In this document: positions 27,581 to 37,392 of the stretch, in pieces
Layout of the letters: each line of letters opens with the position of its first letter
Position numbering within the stretch: position 1 is the stretch's first letter
Source: Candidatus Binatia bacterium
GTDB taxonomy: Bacteria > Desulfobacterota > Binatia > Bin18
Length of the DNA stretch: 64,000 bases
NCBI GenBank assembly: GCA_963664395.2
Contig: OY761159.2
Span: forward strand, 2,976,001 to 3,040,000
Reading direction: 5' to 3'
Position numbers and translations under genes: made by a program
Notes under the pieces: model-generated
What the model saw: the letters and a program-made list of their open reading frames with translations, nothing else
What the model was told of the DNA's origin: nothing
Databases searched by the model: none

Positions 27581-28588
27581 CTACGACGCCAAACACTCCT
27601 GAATCGCCGCGTCAATAAAATCATTGTCCTTCGGATTCATTCCAATTCCCGTCAGATGGCCCCAAATCGATGGGACCGGTCTGAGCGTCGCGTGTGGCAT
27701 ACAGGCCACTTCTGCTTCGCTGTCTTCGGGTGGAAAATAGAGATCGGTCTGACTTGGCATAATCATGGCCTTGGCGGAGACTGTGGCCAGCGCCTTCTGC
27801 CAATCTCCATCAAATCCCGGCGAGTCACCGACATTATGATCCTGCCACGTCTTTGCCTGAGCCAGCAGATTATTCGCGTCGCATTGGAGAAAAAAGTTCT
27901 CCCAAAAATAAACCAGGAAATCTTCGACGCTCGGATGGCCGAGCTGCTTGTACAGCTCTTCACGATACCAGGCCTGCGACAGGCCCCAGCCGGCATACAC
28001 CCGGGCCATGGCACGAACGCCCGTGGCCGGCGCTTGGGCATAATGACCGTGGTTCCAGGCTGCGTCCGCACGGAGCGCGGAAGTAAAGCCTTCGATAAAG
28101 ACATGGGTATGCGGAGTGGTCCGCGCCGCACCGCACCACGGCGCGATCCGTTCGACCATGGCCGGATAGCTGACCGCCCACTGAAAGCACTGCTGCGCGC
28201 CCATCGAGTAGCCGGAGACCAGGGCGAGCGACTCAATGCCAAGGCTCTGAACCAGGGCGTGCTGCGCCCGCACATTGTCGCGGATCGTCGTTGCCGGAAA
28301 ATGCGGGCCATTCATAGGAACGCGCGTTGTGCTGGGAGAAGAAGACAGCCCGTTGGTGAACATATTGACGCCAATCACACAATATTTGGCCGGGTCGAAA
28401 CACTTGCCGTTCTGGATCAAAAACTCATAGCCGGTGTGATCGCCGGAATACCACGAGCACAGCAGGATGGCATTGTCTTTGCGGCTGTTAAGTTCGCCAT
28501 AGACTTGGTAGGCGAGTTGCGCCTTGCGTAACACCAGGCCGCATTCGAGCGGAAAATCCCCTAACGAAAAAAGCTTATGCTCCGGCAT
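27581..28588 (-). CDS. Alpha/beta hydrolase, homoserine O-acetyltransferase-like
   Basis: YGELNSRKDNAIL, NGLSSSPS, GYSMGA nucleophile elbow, DLYFPP, WGH. Confidence 0.88.
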   Translation of the reverse strand: MPEHKLFSLGDFPLECGLVLRKAQLAYQVYGELNSRKDNAILLCSWYSGDHTGYEFLIQNGKCFDPAKYCVIGVNMFTNGLSSSPSTTRVPMNGPHFPATTIRDNVRAQHALVQSLGIESLALVSGYSMGAQQCFQWAVSYPAMVERIAPWCGAARTTPHTHVFIEGFTSALRADAAWNHGHYAQAPATGVRAMARVYAGWGLSQAWYREELYKQLGHPSVEDFLVYFWENFFLQCDANNLLAQAKTWQDHNVGDSPGFDGDWQKALATVSAKAMIMPSQTDLYFPPEDSEAEVACMPHATLRPVPSIWGHLTGIGMNPKDNDFIDAAIQECLAS

Positions 28589-28696
28589 ATGGGTCCTCCT
28601 TTTAGCTGCAGTCGATCAATCCATGCTTCAATCACCTGGAGTCGGAAGTCAAGGCTGAGCTCAAAGTGGAGTTTCATGATCCCAATTACTTTCGAC

Positions 28697-30115
28697 CTAC
28701 ATGAAGAATCGAAATTGGTACGGCGCAGCTCCTAGGTTCGGTATGCGCTTGACAACTCTCGCCAATACCTTCGCGTAAGCCAGGGTGACCGGTAGAGGGT
28801 CATAGAGCGAGTCGTTATTCCAGTTCATCTTGGAAAGCCCGAGGATGGCGCGGGCCGTGTCATCCCAGGTGCCGTGGCCAGCATGGCGGACGAGGCGAAT
28901 GGGGCGAGGCGTACCGCGGCTGCCTTGAAAGAAGGAACGTTCCGTCACACCCTTCACGTCACCATGGGTCCATAGCAACGCCTCCCGGGGTCCGAGCCCA
29001 ACAACGGTTCCACGCGGAACCGGGAAATTGGCCGGTCTCCCCTTCCTGTCGTTCGGGTTCTGGTCTATACGGAGGCCTCGCCAGCCGACATCTTCGACAA
29101 CTTGGATAAGGTCAACGGCTTCGCACAGGTGTAGGGCTTCCATACAACCGTCAACTTCATCGGGTTTGAATTCCGTGGTCTTGTGAACCATAACACGACG
29201 TGGCGACCGACCGGCATGACGACGACGATACAGATCCATTGATCGTGTCATCACACGGAACATCTCGATTCTGGAAAGGAAGGGGTTATTGCGCTGGATT
29301 TCGATTTCTTGAGTATCGTAAGCCACGAACTCGAGGCCTGCCCCATCTGCATCGAACACTTGGCTACAACACGTTACGAAGCGTGGTCTGTCCGAGTCGG
29401 CGGGACGTACGGCGTAGGAGATGCCGATATAGGCCGTTTCTGGATCAGCCTCGGCTAGCTTCCACGGGACTCCGCCTGCTTTGGCATACAGCGCTAATCC
29501 GATGCGCCACATGACGCTGGCTTTGCAGTGATAGGCGATAGCGCTGTCTTCTCGCACTAATTGGATGGGCACTCCCCGAGCAGCTGTATATGCCTTCAAA
29601 TGATCATGCAGGTCGAAGTCGTCGTTGGGTCCGCCAACAAAACCAGACTCCCACCGTCTGGGAATGTAGACAAATAGAACGTCAAAGTCGCTTCGACGCG
29701 CTTCAAGACGCTGAATGGCTCTCACCAAGTATTCCGCAATCGTAACGTGCGGCTGAGGAGATTTTTGTAAGTTCGTATCAAGCTGATGGTCGACCTCCTC
29801 GTGGCAACCTTTACCGGCGGCGCTCATATGCAAACCGAAGACACGTTGGAAACTTGGCCATCGAGGGAGGTAATCCCTGCGCTCTCTTGGATTGAAAGCC
29901 GAGTTCAGGTTTCTCATGAAGTCATAGATGCGCTGACTCTCGCCGTGTGGTGCAAGGGTGGCTACACGGATGGGGTCGGGAACGAATCCTGCTGAATATG
30001 GCCCGTATTCCAGTAACCCACGCAGCGGATGTCGCTCTCGGTCCGAGGAGCGGTTGGGATGAAAAGCCAACATGGGCTCTGGGAGCCATATATGAGAGGC
30101 GATCTGGGAGGTCAC
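28697..30115 (-). CDS. Short prokaryotic Argonaute (MID-PIWI, catalytically inactive)
   Basis: EP.LAF..HPLRGLLEYGPYS, DLHDHLKA, IQLVRE, ALYAKAGGVPW, AYIGISY, VMVHKT, GTPRPI, ILGLSKMNWN, LPVTLAYA, YQFRFFM C-terminus; GTG overlaps the upstream stop. Confidence 0.95.
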   Translation of the reverse strand: MTSQIASHIWLPEPMLAFHPNRSSDRERHPLRGLLEYGPYSAGFVPDPIRVATLAPHGESQRIYDFMRNLNSAFNPRERRDYLPRWPSFQRVFGLHMSAAGKGCHEEVDHQLDTNLQKSPQPHVTIAEYLVRAIQRLEARRSDFDVLFVYIPRRWESGFVGGPNDDFDLHDHLKAYTAARGVPIQLVREDSAIAYHCKASVMWRIGLALYAKAGGVPWKLAEADPETAYIGISYAVRPADSDRPRFVTCCSQVFDADGAGLEFVAYDTQEIEIQRNNPFLSRIEMFRVMTRSMDLYRRRHAGRSPRRVMVHKTTEFKPDEVDGCMEALHLCEAVDLIQVVEDVGWRGLRIDQNPNDRKGRPANFPVPRGTVVGLGPREALLWTHGDVKGVTERSFFQGSRGTPRPIRLVRHAGHGTWDDTARAILGLSKMNWNNDSLYDPLPVTLAYAKVLARVVKRIPNLGAAPYQFRFFM

Positions 30116-31848
30116 GACACTATCCTAGTGGAGAAACAGGTAACCGGTGAGATTTGAAAAACAGCGTCGACACCATATCCTATGTTTAACGCACATATCT
30201 CCTTTTCATCTTGAGATAAGTGATGTGCCCAGAAGTCGATCAGATCGTTGAGCACATGATTATATCGTCCGATAGTCCGCTCACGAGCAAAATCGGTCGC
30301 TGCTCCCTTGTTGGCGTCGGTAATGCCTTCAAATACCGTACAAGGTTCGATGAGTAGCCAAAGGCGGTCATTGGCCCAGTCCAATCGAGCGGTGATGCCT
30401 TCCCACCACCGGAGATCGGGGTTCCCGTTGACGACTCCTGTCAGTATCCCAACCAAGTCCCGCAAGCGGCTCCAGATTGCATTTTTCGGGTCTGTGGGCA
30501 CGAAGCGTCGGTGACCTATGATGTTCAGACCACCGTGCCGACTAATCGCGCGATTGAGGGCTTCGCCTAAGAGTCCGCGTTCCGTAGATTCATATCTTTG
30601 ACGCTTAACGTCGAATGCGTAAAGGTCGAATTCAGTGATGCCATAGGAGTCGAAGACGTTGCGTATGTCAGCGTCTGCCCCGAAGGCCAATACGCCGACT
30701 TGAGAACGGACAGCAAGCACGTCCGCGCTGGATTTCTGTACGGCTTCGCGTACTTCGGCCGTGCCACCGATATCGCAAACTAGCCGGCGGCACTGAGTCG
30801 GCGCATTGATGACAGGCAAGGCGTTAAACCGTACGACAGGCCAGCCACGGCGAGCAGTCCGCTGAAGAGGCACTGGGCTCCAAGGCCGACGCTGCGACGC
30901 GAACCGGTTGAGCGCGGTCGTGTCGATGTCTTTAATAAGGCGAACTAGGTCACGCAGGGTCTCGTCGAAGTTCTCGACAGGCACTAACACTGATTCGATG
31001 TTGTTAGCGATGCCACGATCCAACAGTCGCATGACGCGTGGTAGTGGCCAGTCTTCACTCCGGTGTAACCAGAAAAACCCAGCAGGGAAGGCTCCCTTAT
31101 GTTCCATCGCCTCATCGAGCGCGTCCATGATGGAATCATCACGTCCGCTGTATCCGCATACGACAAGACCAAAACGCTTGCATGATTCGACCAGCGCTCT
31201 CCTCAAATGGGCATCTTGCTGACGCAGTTCATCGTCTGTGTTTTTCAGGCGACGAGAGCGGAAGTCGCCGTGAAGCTTGATTTCTATGGGCCAGCGTTCG
31301 TCGGCTAGTGACTGCTGGGCTTGATCCGCCGAATTAAGATCTATAGTGGTCAGCGCGCTTGTTGTGTCGTATACCTTGGCACAGGCATCCGCGACGAGAG
31401 CGTCGAAGTTCGTGGTCCACACCATACGCGTTTGTTTGTGGCGCATCAGCGTTGCGAGCGCTATGTGGCCGTATGATGGCTTAGCGCCTGTCAGTTTCCC
31501 ATCTAGGAATGCACGCCGGTCTGACTCTGCCGGATACGCCGCTTCAAACAGCGCGGCGTATTCATCCGGTGCGCCGGGTGACGGCATACTTCCTAGGGAC
31601 TCGATATGAGCGTCAATGCGGTTGCGCACAGCTGGTTGGGACAGGTCCACGGATGCTTGGCTCCAACTGCGATTCTGGCTGGCGAATAGGATTTGCTTGA
31701 ATTCCCAAATCATATCTATAGCAGTCGGGAGGCCAGCGGAGGCTGATGCGCCGGCACCGAGAAACCACATGAGATTCCTAGCCCGTAACGAAAAGCGTCG
31801 AGCGAAGTCGTCGGCTGGGATTTGGGGCCTGCTTGTTTCTTGACTCAT
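30112..31848 (-). CDS. SIR2-APAZ protein (NADase effector of SPARSA)
   Basis: WFLGAGASASAG, WTTNFD, IKLHGDF, CGYSGRD; C-terminal region (VVRFNALP...WLLIEP...R..GRYN..LIDFW) consistent with APAZ; coupled to short pAgo. Confidence 0.93.
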   Translation of the reverse strand: MSQETSRPQIPADDFARRFSLRARNLMWFLGAGASASAGLPTAIDMIWEFKQILFASQNRSWSQASVDLSQPAVRNRIDAHIESLGSMPSPGAPDEYAALFEAAYPAESDRRAFLDGKLTGAKPSYGHIALATLMRHKQTRMVWTTNFDALVADACAKVYDTTSALTTIDLNSADQAQQSLADERWPIEIKLHGDFRSRRLKNTDDELRQQDAHLRRALVESCKRFGLVVCGYSGRDDSIMDALDEAMEHKGAFPAGFFWLHRSEDWPLPRVMRLLDRGIANNIESVLVPVENFDETLRDLVRLIKDIDTTALNRFASQRRPWSPVPLQRTARRGWPVVRFNALPVINAPTQCRRLVCDIGGTAEVREAVQKSSADVLAVRSQVGVLAFGADADIRNVFDSYGITEFDLYAFDVKRQRYESTERGLLGEALNRAISRHGGLNIIGHRRFVPTDPKNAIWSRLRDLVGILTGVVNGNPDLRWWEGITARLDWANDRLWLLIEPCTVFEGITDANKGAATDFARERTIGRYNHVLNDLIDFWAHHLSQDEKEICALNIGYGVDAVFQISPVTCFSTRIVS

Positions 31849-31961
31849 ATCAAGCGGTAAAAAATTGGACTCTTAGGAAAGCTATTCACTCGGCCCTTGG
31901 TCAGCCTCAGATGAGCAGGTCGTCGTCAATGCTTAGAGTGATTGATATCGTGGATTTTCCC

Positions 31962-32333
31962 TTACGCCATCATCAGGCCGGAATCCTCGAATCGGCGAAA
32001 GTCCGCCACATTCGCAGTCGCTATGGGTGCGCCATCGACGAGCGCCGTTGCTGCAATCATGCAATCGATCAATGAGCCGCGCCGCCTGCCCGACTCATTA
32101 AATAAACGGGCGGCAATCGTAGCGTGCTTCGGCATGAAGTCTCGGCGCTGTCCGACGATTTCAGTGGCCAATTCCATCTCGGAGCGGTCAAGTGGGCCGC
32201 ACAGGAACTCTGCCCAGGCGACTGTACTCATTACCAGTGTTTCGCCCTCTTCAATCCAGATTCGCAGTTTGCGATCTTCAGGTGATCCCGGTTTCAGGGC
32301 TTGGATCAGAAAGCTCGTGTCCAAGTGGATCAT
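31962..32333 (-). CDS. vapC: PIN-domain toxin
   Basis: IHLDTSFLI, WAEFLCG, DCMIAATA, ATANVADF. Confidence 0.93.
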   Translation of the reverse strand: MIHLDTSFLIQALKPGSPEDRKLRIWIEEGETLVMSTVAWAEFLCGPLDRSEMELATEIVGQRRDFMPKHATIAARLFNESGRRRGSLIDCMIAATALVDGAPIATANVADFRRFEDSGLMMA

Positions 32334-32614
32334 TGAGACTTGGAAGATAACCGCGGAGCAGCCGCTTGGCGCTCAGTATTGAGAGTCCGCGCCCATTGTG
32401 TGACATTGACCTTGCGCTTACATAGAGAAGCCTGCAATTGGTCAAGAGCGCTGAGCGCCACACCGCTCTCCGGCTCCCACTCCATCGCTGCTCTTCGAAT
32501 AGCACGCCGCAACACTTCGGACTTCGACACCTTCCAGCGTTGTGCCAACGCCTCCAGTGTGTTTACGGATTCGACATCCAGCGAATATGTCGATTTGATG
32601 GTTTGTGTAGCCAT
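32330..32614 (-). CDS. vapB: CopG/RHH antitoxin
   Basis: KSTYSLD...LAQRWKVSKSEVLRRAI; ATGA overlap with the PIN gene. Confidence 0.88.
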   Translation of the reverse strand: MATQTIKSTYSLDVESVNTLEALAQRWKVSKSEVLRRAIRRAAMEWEPESGVALSALDQLQASLCKRKVNVTQWARTLNTERQAAAPRLSSKSQ

Positions 32615-32684
32615 GAGGATAATGTATTACCGTCCTCAAGTCGCGTCAATCTTGTTGGGTATTAGGAGGAAGGGCAACCCAAGG

Positions 32685-33422
32685 TTACGCTGTATACCCG
32701 AGCGCGTTCAGGTAGGCTTGCACACTTGATACCAGCCCCATATCGAGCGCGTCGCAAATCAGCGCGTGGCCAATGGACACTTCGAGCAGACCGGGTAAAT
32801 GCTCCACAAGGTAAGGCAGATTATCCAAGTTGAGATCGTGCCCGGCATTCAGACCCAGGCCGGCTTCTTGCGCCGCTTGGGCGGCGGTGTGATACGCGGC
32901 ATAGGCGTGGTCCTGCTCGGCACTGCCAAAGAGACGGGCGTAGCGTTCCGTATAGAGTTCGATCCGGTCTGCGCCGACCTCTTTTGCTCGTCTCACCTGG
33001 TCTCTATCCGGATCGAGAAAAAGACTGGTCCGTATGCCGTTGGCGTGTAAACGCCGCAACACCTCGCCGAGCCAAGTCGTATCACCCCGCAAATCCCAGC
33101 CGGCGTTTGAGGTGAGCACGTCCGGCGGATCGGGCACCAGGGTGCACTGGGTCGGTTGCACCTGGCAGACCAGGTCCAGAAACTCGGTCGAAGGATAGCC
33201 CTCAATGTTGAATTCAGTGCTGCTGTGGTCCGCGAGCAGGGCGGCTATGTCTCGCACGTCCTGATAACGAATATGGCGACCGTCCGGGCGTGGATGCAGG
33301 GTGATGCCGTGGCAGCCGGCGTCAATACACGTTTGGGCGGCGTGAACGACATTCGGCTGGTCGCCGCCCCGAGCATTGCGCAGGGTGGCGATTTTATTGA
33401 CGTTGACACTGAGTTTGATCAT
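32685..33422 (-). CDS. pdxJ: Pyridoxine 5'-phosphate synthase
   Basis: LSVNVNKIATLRNARG, ITLHPRPDGRHI, NIEG, ELYT, NAGHDL, EVSIGHA. Confidence 0.97.
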   Translation of the reverse strand: MIKLSVNVNKIATLRNARGGDQPNVVHAAQTCIDAGCHGITLHPRPDGRHIRYQDVRDIAALLADHSSTEFNIEGYPSTEFLDLVCQVQPTQCTLVPDPPDVLTSNAGWDLRGDTTWLGEVLRRLHANGIRTSLFLDPDRDQVRRAKEVGADRIELYTERYARLFGSAEQDHAYAAYHTAAQAAQEAGLGLNAGHDLNLDNLPYLVEHLPGLLEVSIGHALICDALDMGLVSSVQAYLNALGYTA

Positions 33423-33564
33423 GGCGACTATGACGTAACGCGGACTTGACGTGACCTTGGCGCGTGGAAGTGTACCTCACCACGCAGGGAAAAGGGCTGT
33501 ACGGGCCGTCTCGATTTTTCTAGTATTATGTCTCCCGCACCAAAATAGAAAGGGTAATAACGTT

Positions 33565-34758
33565 ATGGATACCTATCTGCAAGAACTTGCCAGCCGCCTG
33601 GTTGGCTATGACACCGTGAGTCAAAAGAGCAATGTCGAAGCCATGGCCTACCTTGGCAATCATTTGGAGGAGCACGGCTTTCGGGTTGCCTTGCAGCGTG
33701 CAGAGGTCGCCGGGGTGCCCAAAGCGAATCTGATCGCTTTCGCCGGACCTCCCGAGCCGGACGGCCTGATTCTCTCCGGCCATGTGGATACGGTCCCGTT
33801 TCTTGACCAGCCCGGCTGGACACGCGACCCCCTGACCCTTGGCGTGGAGGATGATCGTGTCTACGGACGCGGCACATCGGATATGAAAATTTTTTTGGCA
33901 CAGTGTGTGGACGCCGCGGCCGCCCTCGACCTTAAACGGCTCAAACGACCGGTGGTTTTTCTGTTTACCGCGGATGAGGAAGTGGGCTGTCTGGGCGCGG
34001 AACGCCTCATGCCTGAGTTGTCTGACCTGTTGGGCGATATCCCCAAGCCCCGCCTGGCCTGGATCGGTGAGCCGACTTCGTACAAAGTCTTTCATACCCA
34101 TAAAGGGGTAGCGGTTTTCTCGATTAGCGTCCGCGGTCTGGGCGGCCATAGCAGTATACCCGAGACTGGAGTGAACGCGATTGCGGTTGCCGGAAAGGTC
34201 ATAAACACGATTGGTCAGTATCAGGCCGAATTGCGCGCCGCCCCGTCTGCCGAATTTGCCGAGCTGTTCCCGGACTCTCCGTATCCGACGCTGAACTTCG
34301 GATTGGTGCGCGGCGGGACTGCGGGCAATATGATTGCCGAGCAATGCACGGTTCAAGTCAGCTACCGGCCCCTGCCCAAGGCCGACCCGCTCGACTGTCT
34401 GCACGAGATTACCCGTCGGGTCCAAGCCCTTGAATTGGTTGATTTCAGCGGTTCTGCACATCAGGCCAGTATCGAGTTCTCAGAGCCGCTCGTGGTGCCG
34501 CCGCTGTTCTCGCCGCGGGAAACCCCTCTCGAAGGCGTATTATTTGACGTGGTCGGCCAACAGACCAGTAGTGGTGCGCCGTTTGCGACCGATGGCTGTC
34601 AGTTTGCCTCAGGCGGTATCGCATCTCTAATTTGTGGGCCCGGCGATCTTGACCAGGCCCACCAGCCCAATGAGAGTATCCGGCGGGAGACCTTCGAGAA
34701 TGGGACGGGCCGCATTCTGTCTGTCATTGAAAAATTCTGTATGGCTGAGCGGTCCTAG
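33565..34758 (+). CDS. argE: Acetylornithine deacetylase (M20)
   Basis: LSGHVDTVP, YGRGTSDMK, TADEEVGCLGA, IGEPT, HKG, QAHQPNE. Confidence 0.85.
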   Translation: MDTYLQELASRLVGYDTVSQKSNVEAMAYLGNHLEEHGFRVALQRAEVAGVPKANLIAFAGPPEPDGLILSGHVDTVPFLDQPGWTRDPLTLGVEDDRVYGRGTSDMKIFLAQCVDAAAALDLKRLKRPVVFLFTADEEVGCLGAERLMPELSDLLGDIPKPRLAWIGEPTSYKVFHTHKGVAVFSISVRGLGGHSSIPETGVNAIAVAGKVINTIGQYQAELRAAPSAEFAELFPDSPYPTLNFGLVRGGTAGNMIAEQCTVQVSYRPLPKADPLDCLHEITRRVQALELVDFSGSAHQASIEFSEPLVVPPLFSPRETPLEGVLFDVVGQQTSSGAPFATDGCQFASGGIASLICGPGDLDQAHQPNESIRRETFENGTGRILSVIEKFCMAERS

Positions 34759-34767
34759 GAGCGAACC

Positions 34768-35403
34768 ATGTCAGTGCATGAGAGTCGCCATCCTTTAGTG
34801 CGACATAAAATCGGTCTACTCCGAGAGGCCGAAACCGGACCAAAGCTCTTTCGTGAATTGACCGCAGAGCTGGCGATGCTACTCACCTATGAGGCGCTGC
34901 GCGACCTTGCGACTGAAAGGAAAATGATCCAGGGCTGGGCCGGAGCGGTTGAGGTGGATCATCTGAGAGTTGACCTGTTGACGCTTGTCCCAATCTTACG
35001 GGCCGGACTGGGCCTCTTACCCGGTGTGCTTCAGATTCTGCCCCACATCGACGTGAGTCTTGTGGGTTTGTATCGGAATGAAGAAACCTTGGAACCGGTG
35101 CCCTATTTTGAAAAGCTGGTTGACCGCATGCCCGAGCGGACCGCGCTTATTATTGACCCGATGTTGGGAACCGGTGGCACCTGTAGCGCAACGATAGACA
35201 TGTTAAAGAAAGCCGGCTGCCGGTCCATACGGGCGCTTTGCCTGGTGGCTGTCCCGGAAGGGCTGACCCGCCTGGCGGCAAGCCACCCGGACGTTGACGT
35301 GTATACGGCAGCCATTGACGACCGCCTCAACGAGATTGGCTATATCGTTCCTGGTCTGGGCGATGCGGGTGATCGGATCTTTGGGACGCCGAAGGGCGGC
35401 TGA
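34768..35403 (+). CDS. upp: Uracil phosphoribosyltransferase
   Basis: [40 protein letters not shown]. Confidence 0.96.
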   Translation: MSVHESRHPLVRHKIGLLREAETGPKLFRELTAELAMLLTYEALRDLATERKMIQGWAGAVEVDHLRVDLLTLVPILRAGLGLLPGVLQILPHIDVSLVGLYRNEETLEPVPYFEKLVDRMPERTALIIDPMLGTGGTCSATIDMLKKAGCRSIRALCLVAVPEGLTRLAASHPDVDVYTAAIDDRLNEIGYIVPGLGDAGDRIFGTPKGG

Positions 35404-35447
35404 AGTCAGGCCTTGTATCTGTGAGTGACAAAAGAAAGGAAGAAGCA

Positions 35448-36335
35448 ATGAAATTCGCATTAGTCGGAGTCGGCAGTGGATCAACCGTTCGGCCTGAGCC
35501 CTTAACGGAAGTGGCCCAAAAGGCAGAAGCGCTCGGCTATGAGTCCGTATGGATTCCCGAACACCTGGCCGTACCGGTTGAAATGCAGGCTCGCTATCCG
35601 GGTTCTGCGGACGGAAAATTTCCCGGCGGGCCGGGCGTCAATCTGCACGACCCGTTTGTGGCCCTGTCCTTTGTGGCGGCCCACACCACAACGATTAAGC
35701 TGGGAACCGGAGTCTTTGTGCTTCCCCTGCGTAATACGCTGGCGGTGGCCAAAGCCGTGGCGAGCTTGGATGTCTTGTCGCGGGGACGGGTGATCTTTGG
35801 GATTGGCGTGGGCTGGTGCGAAGAGGAATTTGACGCGGTAGGGATGCCGTTTCGTGACCGGGCCGCGCGTACGCGTGAAGCGGTCAAAGTCATGCGCGCC
35901 CTGTGGACTGAAGAGACTCCGCAGTTTTCCGGGAAATTTCATGACTTTAAGCCGATCGGATTTAATCCCAAGCCGGTCCAGGACCCCTATCCGCCGCTCG
36001 TTTTTGGAGGAGAGAGTCGGGCCGCCCTCAAGCGTGCGGCTGAGTTGGCGGACGGCTGGTGCGGGATTCGCTATACTCCTGAGAGCGTTAAGCCGTATGT
36101 GACGCAGTTAAAAGAACTGACCCGGCAGGCCGGCCGGGATTTCTCCCAATTTGAGATTACCGTCGGGCTTGAGCCCGGCGTTCAGCCGACGCTGGATAGC
36201 GTGAAACAGTTCGAAGACGCCGGGGTGCATCGCCTGTTCGTGTTTGCTCCAGGCTGGCTGCCGCGTCGGAAATTTCACACCGACCTGTATCCGCAGATGG
36301 AAGCCTTTGCCAACGAGGTGATGGCCAAGCTGTGA
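35448..36335 (+). CDS. LLM-class (probably F420-dependent) oxidoreductase
   Basis: ESVWIPEH, DPFVALS, LGTGV, SLDVLSRGRVIFGIGVGW..EEF, PKPVQ. Confidence 0.9.
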   Translation: MKFALVGVGSGSTVRPEPLTEVAQKAEALGYESVWIPEHLAVPVEMQARYPGSADGKFPGGPGVNLHDPFVALSFVAAHTTTIKLGTGVFVLPLRNTLAVAKAVASLDVLSRGRVIFGIGVGWCEEEFDAVGMPFRDRAARTREAVKVMRALWTEETPQFSGKFHDFKPIGFNPKPVQDPYPPLVFGGESRAALKRAAELADGWCGIRYTPESVKPYVTQLKELTRQAGRDFSQFEITVGLEPGVQPTLDSVKQFEDAGVHRLFVFAPGWLPRRKFHTDLYPQMEAFANEVMAKL

Positions 36336-36396
36336 CGGACGGTTCAACGTGGTCAAAGTAGTCATGGTGGTCATGATACCAAGTGGAGGATAACGT

Positions 36397-37386
36397 ATGG
36401 CGAAAGAGCAGATATCGCGTCGGACCTTTCTCAAGAATACCAGCGCAGTGGTGACCGCAGCCGCAGTAGCCGGCAATCTTGCTCAGCTTCGATCGGCTGA
36501 GGCTGCGACTGCGGCAGAATCTACCGGTCGGCTCCGGTTCGGAGTGCAAACCCCGCCGCAGCATGTGCCCTACAGTCAAGTGCAGGACGTATGGCTGGAA
36601 GCTGACGAACTTGACTATGATAGCGCCTTTGGTTTTGATCATTTTCTGCCTATTTTTTCCGATCCAACCGGCCCGTGTCTGGAAGGCTGGACCTTGCTCG
36701 CGGCGCTTGCCGCTCAGACGAAGCGGTTGAAAACCGGCCTGCTCGTCACTGGCAATACGTATCGTCATCCGGCATTGCTCGCCAAAATGGCGGCAACGGT
36801 CGATCACGTGAGTGGCGGGCGCCTGATTCTGGGGATGGGTGCAGGCTGGTTTCAACTGGAGCACGACGCGTTTGGAATCCCGTTTTACACGCCGGGCGGG
36901 CGGGCACGCCGGCTCGTCGAATCTGTCGAACTCATTAAAATGCTCTTCACCCAGGAAAAGACAACGTATGCGGGCAAATACTATCAGGTCAAAGATGCCT
37001 CGTTTGAGCCCAAGCCGCTCCAGAAACCCTATCCGCCGATTTTGATTGGTGGAATGGGACCCAAGGTAGTCCAGCCGCTGGTCGCCCGACATGCCGACAT
37101 CTGGCATTTCTTTGTGCGCCAAGGGGGAGCCGAAGCTGCCAAAAAGGTCGCTGTAAAATTTGACGCCATCTGCAAAGAGGTCGGGCGCGACCCCGCCGAG
37201 ATACAGAAGTCTACATCGCTCAGTCCTGAGCAGCTCAAACAGTCGCCTGATACTGTCAAAGCAGTGGTCCAGGCGTATGCGGACGCTGGAGTGCAGTATT
37301 TCATTGTGTCGATGTATCCCGACTACGATATGGCGTCCTTCCGTCGCTTTGCCAAAGAGGTCATGCCGGCATTCCGTCAGGCGTAG
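36397..37386 (+). CDS. LLM-class (probably F420-dependent) oxidoreductase with Tat signal peptide
   Basis: SRRTFLK twin-arginine leader; FDHF, EGWTLL, GNTYRHPALLAKMAATVDHVSGGRL. Confidence 0.9.
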   Translation: MAKEQISRRTFLKNTSAVVTAAAVAGNLAQLRSAEAATAAESTGRLRFGVQTPPQHVPYSQVQDVWLEADELDYDSAFGFDHFLPIFSDPTGPCLEGWTLLAALAAQTKRLKTGLLVTGNTYRHPALLAKMAATVDHVSGGRLILGMGAGWFQLEHDAFGIPFYTPGGRARRLVESVELIKMLFTQEKTTYAGKYYQVKDASFEPKPLQKPYPPILIGGMGPKVVQPLVARHADIWHFFVRQGGAEAAKKVAVKFDAICKEVGRDPAEIQKSTSLSPEQLKQSPDTVKAVVQAYADAGVQYFIVSMYPDYDMASFRRFAKEVMPAFRQA

Positions 37387-37392
37387 CAGCGT

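Noticed and set aside
28600-32680. Defined mobile element carrying SPARSA-vapBC
   Set aside because: No integrase, transposase, tRNA target or flanking direct repeats were seen by eye.
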